Origin: Haliotis cracherodii
Taxonomy: Eukaryota
DNA: 64,000 nucleotides
Reading direction: 5' to 3'
NCBI RefSeq assembly: GCF_022045235.1
Contig: NW_027266269.1
Span: 31,558,001-31,622,000, forward strand
Part shown: piece after piece, positions 43,624-55,600 of the stretch
Numbering within the stretch: the first letter of the stretch is position 1
How the letters are laid out: every line of letters starts with the position of its first letter
Notes under the pieces: generated by a model
The model's database searches: none
The model's input: the letters and a program-made list of their open reading frames with translations, nothing else
What the model was told of the DNA's origin: nothing
Made by a program: the position numbers and the translations under genes

Positions 43624-46600
43624 CTCTCTCTCACTCTCTGTCTCTCTATCTCTTTCTCTCATAGAGAAGTATGACATAGACAACTTTTTATGGATCTTGA
43701 GCTTTTACTTTCCTNNNNNNNNNNNNNNNNNNNNNNNNNNNNNNNNNNNNNNNNNNNNNNNNNNNNNNNNNNNNNNNNNNNNNNNNNNNNNNNNNNNNNN
43801 NNNNNNNNNNNNNNNNNNNNNNNNNNNNNNNNNNNNNNNNNNNNNNNNNNNNNNNNNNNNNNNNNNNNNNNNNNNNNNNNNNNNNNNNNNNNNGAGAAGT
43901 ATGACATAGACAGTTCTATCATCAGTTGTTTCGAATCCATTTCAGATGATACTATTAGTAAATATCGTAAGTGTTAAATTACTTTGTATATGATGTACAA
44001 TGGGTTTTGTTTTGAAACACGATCTCTTGCCGTATAGAAATGTGATGCTGTAATGTTTTCAGTGTTCGCCTCCTAGAATAGGCCACTAATATAGACTGTA
44101 GTTCCCCTCCAGAGGTTACCTGGGAATAGTTAGATGTAGCTGCTGACATTTTGAACACTTGTATATTTACCATCAATATTATGACATATAATATAATATA
44201 TGATTATTATGAACTCCCATCCTAGCTACCCTCCATACAATATCTGTTATTTAGTCAGCTTTCACGACACACAGTTGTTTACTCTGAAAATGTGAGGTGA
44301 GGTGAAATTGGGTTTAACGTCGGGTCCAAAATTATTGCACTTATATAGCGACGTGCATGTACGTGTGTGTGTTTGTGTGGCTGCTGGTACTAGTCCGGAC
44401 TGATGCCAATTTATAGTGCTAGCTCACTGATATACCATGCCGCAGTTTAACATGAATACCCCACTCAGACACAGTATACTGACTCCGAGCCGACCAGTCC
44501 TTGTTTTAGCCCCTTAATGTCGAGCGCCAGACAGGGTAACAACAAGTACCATCTTTTGACGTCTTTTGGTATGAAGAGGCCGGGGATCGAACCCCGGACC
44601 TTCCGCTCTCCGGGCGGACGCTCTACGTTAAACCCCATTTCACCTCACCTCATAGAACAAGACTGACAACACCTGGAGAAACCAATGCCACCCGGTGTAC
44701 GTGATGAAACATGACGTCAGAATCTACCCCAGAAACTGTTGTACTGGAAATACCCAGTCCGTGTCTCTTGTATCGTTTCTAGCGAAGCTTTGGAACAACT
44801 AATTGTATTGACCTACTGCATAGTCGAACTCCAAATAGTGAATTAGTAGTTTATAAATAACAACTCCTATTATTTAGATTATTGGGTTGTTTGTAATGTG
44901 TAGTGTTTTTGTCTTTCTCAAAATTGTGTTTGTGGCCATGTTCATGAACGTGTTTGTGATTGTATTCATGAACTTGTTTGTGATCGCGTTCATGAACTTG
45001 TTTGTGATCGTGTTCATGAACGTGTTTGTGATCGTGTTCATGAACGTGTTTGTGATTGTATTCATGAACGTGTTTGTGATCGTGTTCATGAACGTGTTTG
45101 TGATCGTCTTCATGAACGTGTTTGTGATTGTATTCATGAACGTGTTTGTGATTGTATTCATGAACGTGTTTGTGATCGTGTTTATGAACGTGTTTGTGAT
45201 AGTGTTCATGAATGTTTTTGTGATTGTGTTTGTGTTCGTCGTTTTCATCTCCCCCTTCTTTCTCCAGGGAACAGTTACTTTCCACGTTCGGGGTATAACG
45301 CCCAATGGCCGAGGAACAATTATATGAGTAATGAGACAGCCCCAGTCTGTGTACTGTAGATAGATTTACCCTTGTCTTGCAATGCACTCGATCACGTGCT
45401 GGCTCGAGCTCAAAACCACACTGGATACACCGCATTTTGTTGATCAGCCATGAATATTTACAGTTATTTTCGGCGAGAATCAACAGCTTGAACGTCTGCA
45501 ATGCAAGAGCGATGGGATACCTTACGCCTGTTGATATACAGTTGATATATCTATGCTTACCCTAAATACAGGTTTCATAAAACAGAACATTTATCAACCG
45601 AAAAAGAAAGTATATACTTGAAAATTAAATTTGATATGAAATTCTAAACGATACCAAAACTTTACTTGGCCGAAAACAGTCACCTTCACAGCGCACACAA
45701 CTAGGATATCCGTATCAAATACCACCATCGAATACCAATTTCTTGTTTCATTTTATCTACCTTCAATCATGAGTATATACTTTCTTTTCCCCGGCAGTTT
45801 ATATCAGTGAACAGTAACTTCGGCCAAAAAATAATTCGTTTTATAAAGAGACCTATTCATGTAAATTATGATCGAATAGGCTCTTGAATACTGTATCCAG
45901 GGAAGCGTTATTAGAATACCCTATCCCCATATGTGTAGATCCTATATTATAATCTAATGTGCATGTTAGATACAAGTATTCATATTCTGCATGTTAGTCT
46001 CACACAAGTTTCATGCCATACAACTAATTTATCCCTTCTTTTTTTGCGATCAAACACAACATATTTAACCGTTTCTTGAACTCCCTTGAACTGTAACCTC
46101 AACATTGATTAATGTCGCCACCACACCATTCGAGGTCACGCATGTCAGCCCATGACCTTCAAGATGAAAATATGACCTTGACCTTTTTCAACATTTTCAT
46201 ACAACTGACAAAGTAGTTATTTTATGTGTTTTATGAGTTTATCGCTAGTGGGCAGTTTGTGAGGAATACGATCTAATGTCCCCGTGGGGGAGGTTCCGGG
46301 TGAGAATTGGTCCCCTGGTCCCCCGCAACTTATGTTGGTCGTGAGAGGCGACTTCATGGCTCGACTATGACGTCGAAGACCCGGGTTCGATTCCAAACAT
46401 GGGTACAATGTGTGAAGCCCATTTCTGGTGTCCCCCGCCGTGATATTGCTGGAATATTGCTAAAATCGGGGTAAAACCATACTCACTCACTCACTCATTG
46501 TGACTATGATGATGGTGTGTCATCGTACCCGACAGTGTGGGTCTATGCTCATAATATCAATCACTGGATCGTTTAGTCCGGACTCGACAATTTACAGACT

Positions 46601-49600
46601 GCCGTCATAAAGCTGGAATATTGCTGAGTGCGGCGTTAAACAACCAACAAAACAAAACAAAAAAACGCCAACAACAAAAAATGAATGAAAAAAAGAAACA
46701 ATGGAATATGAGCGCTATTACTGTCTGTCACCGTCACGATAGATATTCTCAAAGCGTGCAATAATCATTATAGAGCTGGAGGTCGGGTTGCATAGTGGTC
46801 AAAGCGTTCGCTCGTCACGCCGATGACTCGGGTTCGATTCCAAACATGGGTACAATATATGAAGCCCATCTCTGGTGTTCCCCGCCGTGATATTGCTGGA
46901 ATATTGCTCAAAGCGGCGTAAAACCACTCTCACTCACTCACTCACTCACTCATAATAGAACATGCATGTATAAAGCCAACTCGACTCTCGGCGACATGCA
47001 CACACACGACATTGTGTTTATATGGTCGCATTCTCTGATTAATCCCATCTACTTACGCCCCATGTAAAATACACGTATATTCATATATAATACTAATAAT
47101 CTGTATTATTTTACACTTTTATTCACGAGAGTATAGCTTTACATAGCCGTGTACATACATGCTTTTTTCTCTGTGGTAATGTGATCACAAGACTCTCATT
47201 TGTAAGGAAGTTACAGTAAGTTAGCTGTCCAATCGTGACGAGTTAAGCATCTACTTTTCCTATCTGAACACTCATATGTAATTATTTCCAAATAAATTTA
47301 TAAAATGTAAGGATTAAGCAATGCGTTTTAAGCCAAACATTTTTTGCATCATAATTATGATAAACCGGCAAAAAAACCAAAATCGCTATTAGTGTTCTAC
47401 AAAGTTTCTAATCAGAAAAAACAAAGTTTCTGTGTTGAACGAATTCTAACATGACTTTGATTCTGATTCAGTGCCATCCCAGCCCATGCACAACCAGTGG
47501 CCGCAAGGTAAGTCCCCCGCAAGTGTTTGGACTCGTTTCTGTTAGGATGTACACACTCTGCTTGTCAACTCTGGGTATAGCGAATTTGGATAAAACAAAC
47601 ACAGGGTTATACCGAACCGAATTCGAATACCCTATTTCCACAAACTACTTCGTGAAGGTCCGGGTTAGAACAGGGGACTCCCAATTTACTAGATCCTAGA
47701 ACACCTTTTACGGACGTAGTGCTATCGTCCCAACAGCCCGCAGTGATAAGCAGCATCGACATTGTTTGCGCGAAAACGGGTATTATGAATTAAGCTGTTT
47801 CAGAGTTCGTTATATCCAGAGCCGAGTGTCATTGATTTACTTTGAATTCTGAGTATATTACACATGTATATGGCATTATATTTAAGTCATGTAAACCTGT
47901 ATTATATAGAACCGTTCATATGATGTATTTGCCGTCTAGAAGAGTATTGTTAGCCAATGTTATTTTTTGTTCCTGCTGAATGTATTGCATGTAGTTTGCA
48001 AATTTCACAATACTAACGTGCATGGTAATCTTCTCCTTATGAATAAACATGAATGTCTTAATTATGTTTCTTAGCTCCAGTTAGTTAATCACCCACATTT
48101 GAAACAAGCATTTTACTGGCGTTGTATACGTGTATATTCATTTCGAATGATCAAGTTTTAATATTTTCAAAGAATAATTTCAATTTGATCGGTCGACGCC
48201 TGCTGTTTTATGACACACTGTTAATGTGTTTTCCATCTCAAAATATGTATTTGACATCTACAGTGAAACCTCGTTACTACGGACCCCATGTAATCCGGAA
48301 ATGGCCCAGTCCGTACGAATACTGTAAAATGATAATTACTGTGTTCACGGGACAACCTCCGTGTTCTAGTGGATAGAACATCTCCCCTGAGAGCGAAAGC
48401 TCGGTGGTTCGATCCCCGGTCGCATCAAACCACGAAACATAAAAAGATGGTACTTGTTGTTACCATGCCTGACGTTTTGCATCAAGGGGACAAAACAAGG
48501 GCTGGTCGACTCGAGTAGGAATACTGTGTCTGAGCGGGGTATTCATGTTTAAACTACGGCATGGTATCTTAGTGGACTGACACAATAACGCCGGCATTAG
48601 TCCGCGAAGCTAAACATTTCACCTCACCAGCTACGTATACAGTAAACTACGGTTAAAACGAACACGCTTATAACGAACTGACGGATATAACGAACTTACT
48701 TTTTGGTCCCCACTATTTGCTGTAGTTATGCTGTATATATGCTTATAACGAACTACGGTTATAACGAACTACAATTAGTCGTCCCTAGTCGAGTTCGTTA
48801 TAACCGTAGTTTACTGTACCATTCTTTAATCGGACTATGTTCCGGAACTCGGAACTGTTCCGTCCGGACTAATGAGGTTTCACGATCACGTTCCACCTTA
48901 TTCCTCTAAAAACGAAACAGCAGTGATATACAGAAAAAAACAATAGTCAAATCTGATTGTTTCAGATGAAACGTCATTCAATGGTTGTAAAGTGTCGTAA
49001 AATGTGGGTGATGATCTAGCGTTAGATCTCTTAGTCTAATAGTAGTATATTTGCATGTCGTTTTAGATGCATGTGTTAACCTTTCACTTGTAACCTTTGA
49101 GCAGCACCTTCTGGAGGTGAAGGTCATACCGCCTCACCCCCGGGGTCACCATACTATGGAGCCCAACCCCCCGACCTCCCTGACAGTCTAGGTAATAATC
49201 ACAGCTTACCACCAACGAATATGTATATTAACGTGTAATATATGATGGACGTAACTACATATATTTGATAACGTTACCGACAACTTCTTGCAAAGGAAAG
49301 TCTAAAACAATTCAACACTCTTTTATTGTAGATTTCTACCGATTAAAAATGTCCCTTGTCTTTATTTGTTTTGACAAAGGTGAAAGAAAATGAACAGTTT
49401 TAACGCAGGATATTAGTTTTTGTTCAAAGTTTGAAACATTTCAGGCGGTCAGCTATCAAACAATCCACAAAACCAGGGTGGTTGGCAAAGTGACCAGAGC
49501 CGGGCATGGCAGAATTACCCAAATAGTCCAAACACTGGGGGATGGGAACCTTCAGGCAGTTCCCCAGGGGGTTCTAGGGCGGGGTGGCAGCCACCCCCAA

Positions 49601-52600
49601 ACGCTCCAAACCAAGGGGGTTCCGGCTGGCAACCACCCCCTAACCATCAAAGCCCGCCATGGCAACCACCACCAAATAGCCCTAACCAAGTGTGGCAACC
49701 ACCCCCAGATGGTCCACCCCCTGGCTGGCAACCCCCTCCCGATAAACCTCCGCCGCCATGGCAACCACCGCCAGATGGTCCACCTCCAGGTTGGCAACCC
49801 CCTCCCGATAAACCTCCGCCGCCATGGCAACCACCGCCAGATGGTCCACCTCCAAGTTGGCAACCGCCTCCTGATAAACCTCCGCAGCCATGGCAACCAC
49901 CGCCAGATGGTCCACCGCCGGGTTGGCAACCGCCTCCTGATAAACCTCCGCAGCCATGGCTACCACAGCCAGATACCCCAAACCACCGAGGGCAACCGCC
50001 TCCTGATAAACCTCCGCAACCCTGGCAACCGCCGCCGGATGGTCCACCTCCAGGGTGGCAACCGCCTCCTGATAAACCACTGCAGCCATGGCAACCACCG
50101 CCAGATGGTGCATCTCAAGGGTGGCAACCGCCTCCTGATAAACCACCGCAGCCATGGCAACCACCGCCGGATGGTCTACCTCAAGGTTTTCAACCGCCTC
50201 CTGATAAACCACTGCAGCCATGGCAACCACTGCCAGATGGTGCATCTCAAGGTTTTCAACCGCCTCCTGATAAACCACCGCAGCCATGGCAACCACCGCC
50301 AGATAGTCCGCCTCCAGGCTGGCAACCACCCCCAGACGGCCCTATCCCTGGCTGGCAACCGCCTCCTGATAAACCTCCGCCAGGATGGGAGCCTCCCCCA
50401 AATAGCCTCACCTCGGGAGGTTGGTTGTAATCGTTCATCATTTAATGTTTCATGTTGTCAAAGTGCAATAAGTGTTTTTTCAAGTGTGCCTTTTAATCAA
50501 TCAGAATACAATATTTTTTAGGATTAATGTTTAAAACATAACTATATTTGGAATCAACCTTATCAGCGTGATGCTTGGTTTAAAACTGGAAACTTTTAAA
50601 TGCTTCAAAACCAATACTTCTTCAATCATCTAGGATATATAATAATGATAATGTTAATAATAGGCTTTTTATATTGCGCATATTTCCACACCACTCAGGG
50701 GCATACTCAAAGCGCTATTATTATCCTGGTCAATGTGCACTCAAGAATGATTCTCTGCACCCTGGGGACTATACAATCTAAGCTACCTGTTAGGCCCTAG
50801 AAGGTTTACAACGACATTGCCATCCCATCCTACCGGGTACCCATTCACTGCTGGTGAACAGAAACAGAGTTTATCACAACAGAAAGCAGTCAACGACCAT
50901 ATCAACGTTTGTAACTGCGTAGATTTATGGAAGTCTCAACACGCACATGGTATAACACAGGTTCCGCAGCTGATGGACCATTCAGATTGCCGCATCCTCT
51001 AGTGTCGTGATGACGTCAGCTTGTAGCACTAATCAATGCACTCTACCTCTGCATGTCTCACTACTCACCATGACCTCCTTCAACCTAGTTGTCAGCAACT
51101 AATAGAAATCCTGTAGTTACTTTAGACTAATAATTATCGTAAAGAATGTTGAACCATTTGGTGTACAATTGTACGAATCATAAAGTACAGTTTTACTTAT
51201 TATGTTCTCTCTATTTCATTAGCCAATCAGCGCGCTTCCCCGTACCAACAACCGGGTAAGTGAATAAGCATTACCTGTTATTACTGTCGCAAGATGTATG
51301 TACATTTCTTGAAATATGGATCATATTTGTATGTGACCAAAGTTCACATAAACTCCTCTCTACATTTTGGCATGTTTTCGCAGATATAACACGGATCGGT
51401 AGAATTGCCCTATCATTATACTACCATTAGTTTTACTGATTTAGTCTCTTGTTGATATCGTCATTACATATGTCGTGCACTAGTGTCCTGGCGGACCCGT
51501 GAAGAGCCGGGATAGAATAGGTCTTCAGCAAAACATGCTTGCCATAAAAGGCGACTATGCTTGTCATAAGAGGCGATTAACGGGATCCGCTGACTCGGCT
51601 GATGCATGTCATCGTGTACCAATTGCGTAGATCGATGCACATGATGTCAATCACTGGATTGTCTGGTCCAGACTCGATTATTTACAGAGCGCCGTCATAT
51701 AGCTGGAATATTGCTGAGTGTGGCGTTAAGCAACAAACAAAGAAACAAACAAAGGTGTCATGGGATGGTCCCCGAGCCCTTCTGGGTACATCAGCCCTTT
51801 CACCAGTCGAGGGTCCAGTGGACAATGAATGTATCCTACCTCACATCTAATTATATTGCAGGTATGTCTTATGTACGCATGCTTGGGTAAGAATCGTTAA
51901 GAATACCACAGATAGGCATTTATCAACTTCGTTCAATTTTCACATACATTGCACATTACCGTCGACAGAAAGCAAACTTATTATTCCCCATGATCGATTT
52001 CATTCGGAACATATTGTAAATATCTGGAGAATGGCGTCTTACATAATTAATTCGAAAAACAAAATTTCGGTTTGTATGTTGCAAATGTAATGCTATGTGT
52101 CAAGTGAGAAAATTGTCAGTGTAGCCCGAATGTACACTTGTATGTGGGTCACATGCATCAATACAATCATTTTTCAAAAGAGTGGCCTTTTTAGTTTTCA
52201 CAGTTAGCAATTATGTATCGGATGCTGATCATCAAACGGCATTAACAATGTTACCATGGCACCGACTATAGATGTCTTGACATATTCATGATAATGCTGA
52301 TATCTACAGTTCTTCATTTTAACGAGACGCGTTGACGGGACATATAATGCATTTGCGTCCCTTAAAAACGCCAGAAACCTAAGATCGTGGTATGTAGACC
52401 CCACTTCGTTTATGGTTTGAGAGCGCCAATATGGCAAGCCGTTTTCACATTTATTACGGAATTACAGATATCTTCAATTGTTTTAAAGATATCTGTATTT
52501 TATTTAATGATATCAATAATGTTTTCAAGATATCAAAAAATAATTAAAAATATCTTAAATTCATTTCTGAAATCTATAATAAAATTGCTGATATCTTAAA

Positions 52601-55600
52601 ATGTTACGGTGATATAAACAAATTAGTTTGTGATATCTCTAATGTATTTAAGATATCATTAAACATTTACCATCATACAGTACATAAATATATTAGAAAT
52701 AAATTCAAAATATCTTAAATTCAATTCAAGATATCTTGAAAAAGGTTATACATATCCGCAAATGCATGACAGATATATTTAATTCAATTAGAGATATCTT
52801 TAATTCAATTAGAGATATCTTTAATTCAATTAGAGATATCATTAATTCTTACCGTTTCTGATATCAAAATTTCAATTAAAGATATCATTAATAATTTTGA
52901 TGATATCTTTATGTCAATTATTGGTATCAGTATTCTAATTAAAGTAACATTATTAATGTAACATCTTTAATAATGACAACAATTGAAGATATCAATAATT
53001 AATCATTGTATCTGTATTTTAGTAGTGTCGCATAAGTGTCGCAATAGTGTCATAATTATGTAGCAGTCGTGCCGCATTTGTGTCGCATAAGTGTCGTAGT
53101 AGTGTCGAAGAAGTTTCATAATTATTTGACAGTAGTGTCGCAGTAGTTTCGCAGTAGTGTCATAATCATGTCGCACTAGTGTCACAGTAGTGTCGCAGTA
53201 GCGTCGTAGTAGTGTCGTAGAAGTGTCGCATTAGTGTCACAGTAATGTCGCAGTAGTGTCATAATTATGTCACAGTAGTGTCGCAGTAGCGTCGTAGTAG
53301 TGTCGTAGAAGTGTCGCATTAGTGTCACAGTAGTGTCGCAGTAGTGTCATAATTATGTCACAGTAGTGTCGCAGTAGTGTCGGAGTAGTGTCGTAGTAGT
53401 TTCGCTGTAGTGTCATAATTATGTTACAGTAGTGTCGCAGTTGTGTCGTAATTCTGGCGTAGTAGCGCCGCATTAGTTTCATAATTATATAACAGTAGTG
53501 TCGCATAGGTGTCGCATTTGTGGCGCGTTAGTGGCATTATTATGTAGCAGTAGTTCCGCATTAGTGGCGCATAAGTGGCGCATTAGTGTCGAAGTCATTT
53601 TCATGATTATGTAGCAGTGATGCCGCATTAGTGGCTGAATTATGTAACATTACTGTCGCAGTATTGTGATAATTATGTGGTATTATTGTCGCAGAAGTGT
53701 CTTATTATGCAGCAGTAGTGTCGCAGTAGTGTCATAATTATGTAGCGGTAGTGTCGCAGTGGTGTCATAATTATGCAGCAGTAGTATCACATTAGTGTCG
53801 CATATGTGTCGTAGTAGTGTCGAAGTAGAGTCGCATTAGTTTCATGATTATGTAACAGTAGTGTCGCATTCGTATCTCAGTAGTGTCATTATTATGTAGC
53901 AGTAGTGTCGCTGTAGTGTCACAGAAGTTTAAAACGTATGTTACAGTAGTGTAGCATTAGTGTCTCATATGTGTCGTAGTAGTGTTGAAGTAATGTCGCA
54001 TTAGTTTCATAATCATGTAACAGTAGTGTCGCATTAGTGTCGCATATGTGTCGTATTAGTGTCGAAGTAGTGTCGCATTAGTTTCATAATTATGTAACAG
54101 TAGTGTCGCATTCGTATCTCAGTAGTGTCGTTATTATGTCGCAGTAGTGTCTCAGTTCCGCCGGCGCTATGCCGCAGTAAGACAGACCTTTGACTTTAAC
54201 TCAGATTAGGTATAGAACTTATATTTGCAAACTGTAGCAATCCACACACCGATGCAGACCTTATGTTCTAAAGCACTCGGGAAATCATTGTCATTCTTTT
54301 CCTTCAAGCATATTCTCAATGGCAACAAGGTATGTTATCAACATTCCTTTGCCGTTGTTGTTGTCATGTGTGTATACATATATAGTATATATTTATATTT
54401 ATATATATATATGCTACAGTCAATGTGTAAAATGGTCAATCATTTTATTCCGTGTAAAACAGCAAACTAACAAACGATGTGAAAAATGACTGAACTCTTC
54501 ACTAAGCCAAATAAGAAAAACGCCTAAATATTTCAGTTATATAACTATATACCTGAAACATCTATCCATTTCATTTTGATAACGAATTCCTAACATATCA
54601 GTCTTTACTTTCATCAACCAGTGACCGAAAATGATAGGATTAAAAGAAAGTCAGTGTATTTTTTTAATACTCCTAGCATAATTGATCTAGTTTGAGGTTT
54701 TAACCCTTTTGTATTTATCTAAAAAAATTGATATAATGGGCAGATTTTTCAGTCAAAGTGTAGAATTAATGCAATATTTGGGCATCTTTCGTCAAAAACT
54801 TCTGAGTATATCGCATTTTACCCATTGACTGTTACATAGCATATACTGTAGCCTGTCGTGGTACAGCAACCTTGAGACACACCGCTTCCACACCGCTTCC
54901 ACACCGCGCACCGTCACAGAGCGTTGCCGTATCAGAACCTGTCATACAGTGATCACACGTAGCTCTATATGCTCATAGTGCCTTTATACTTCATATGCGT
55001 CTATCATTTTTATGTTAGTATTACTGCTTGCAGTGTGAACATAACAATACCATATATACATATCCATTAATCATGAGGTATTCAATTATCCAATGGCAGG
55101 TCGTTCATGTATGTATTCCTGCCTGACAATGACGTGTACAGTAAACTACGGTTATAGCGAATACGCTTATAACGAACTGACAGATATAACGAACTTACTT
55201 ATTTAGTCCCGACTATTTGCTGTAGTTATGCTGTATATATGCTTATAACGAACTACGGTTATAACGAACTAAAATTAGTAGTCCCTTTGAGTTCGTTGTA
55301 ACCGTAGTTTACTGTAGATGTAATACAATCTATACAATCTCCACATAACGATTAATTGTTTGATAATCAAATACCATCGCCACTAATCAGTAACCCTCAA
55401 CGCAGTTTATGTCATAATCTGCTCCGACAAGGAATGCGCATCCCATGTGCATGTATTGGAATATTTACATAATTATAAGAATATATTTAACATAATATTT
55501 AATCAATGAAAATGTGTGGATGGCAAATAAGATAAGCAGAAACCATTCAAAATTGATACAGTCACAAGATAATATTTCAGACAGTTACAAAGCAAAATAG

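Noticed and set aside
43480-43915. Direct repeats around the gap
   Set aside because: Probably a collapsed tandem repeat or scaffolding overlap rather than a biological feature.
44851-45501. His-rich ORF (HKHVHEHD)n on the minus strand
   Set aside because: Tempting as a metal-binding protein, but it is a 24-bp intronic minisatellite open in three frames, with no convincing start or splice sites, and it overlaps a gene 2 exon antisense.
49478-50521. 347-aa ORF and antisense ORFs over the WQPPP exon
   Set aside because: Alternative frames of the coding repeat; splice phase and synonymous variation support the WQPPP frame.
51755-51861. Possible extra gene 2 exon ending at CAG|GTATGT
   Set aside because: Good donor, but no acceptor (it abuts a SINE tail) and the composition is unlike the other exons.
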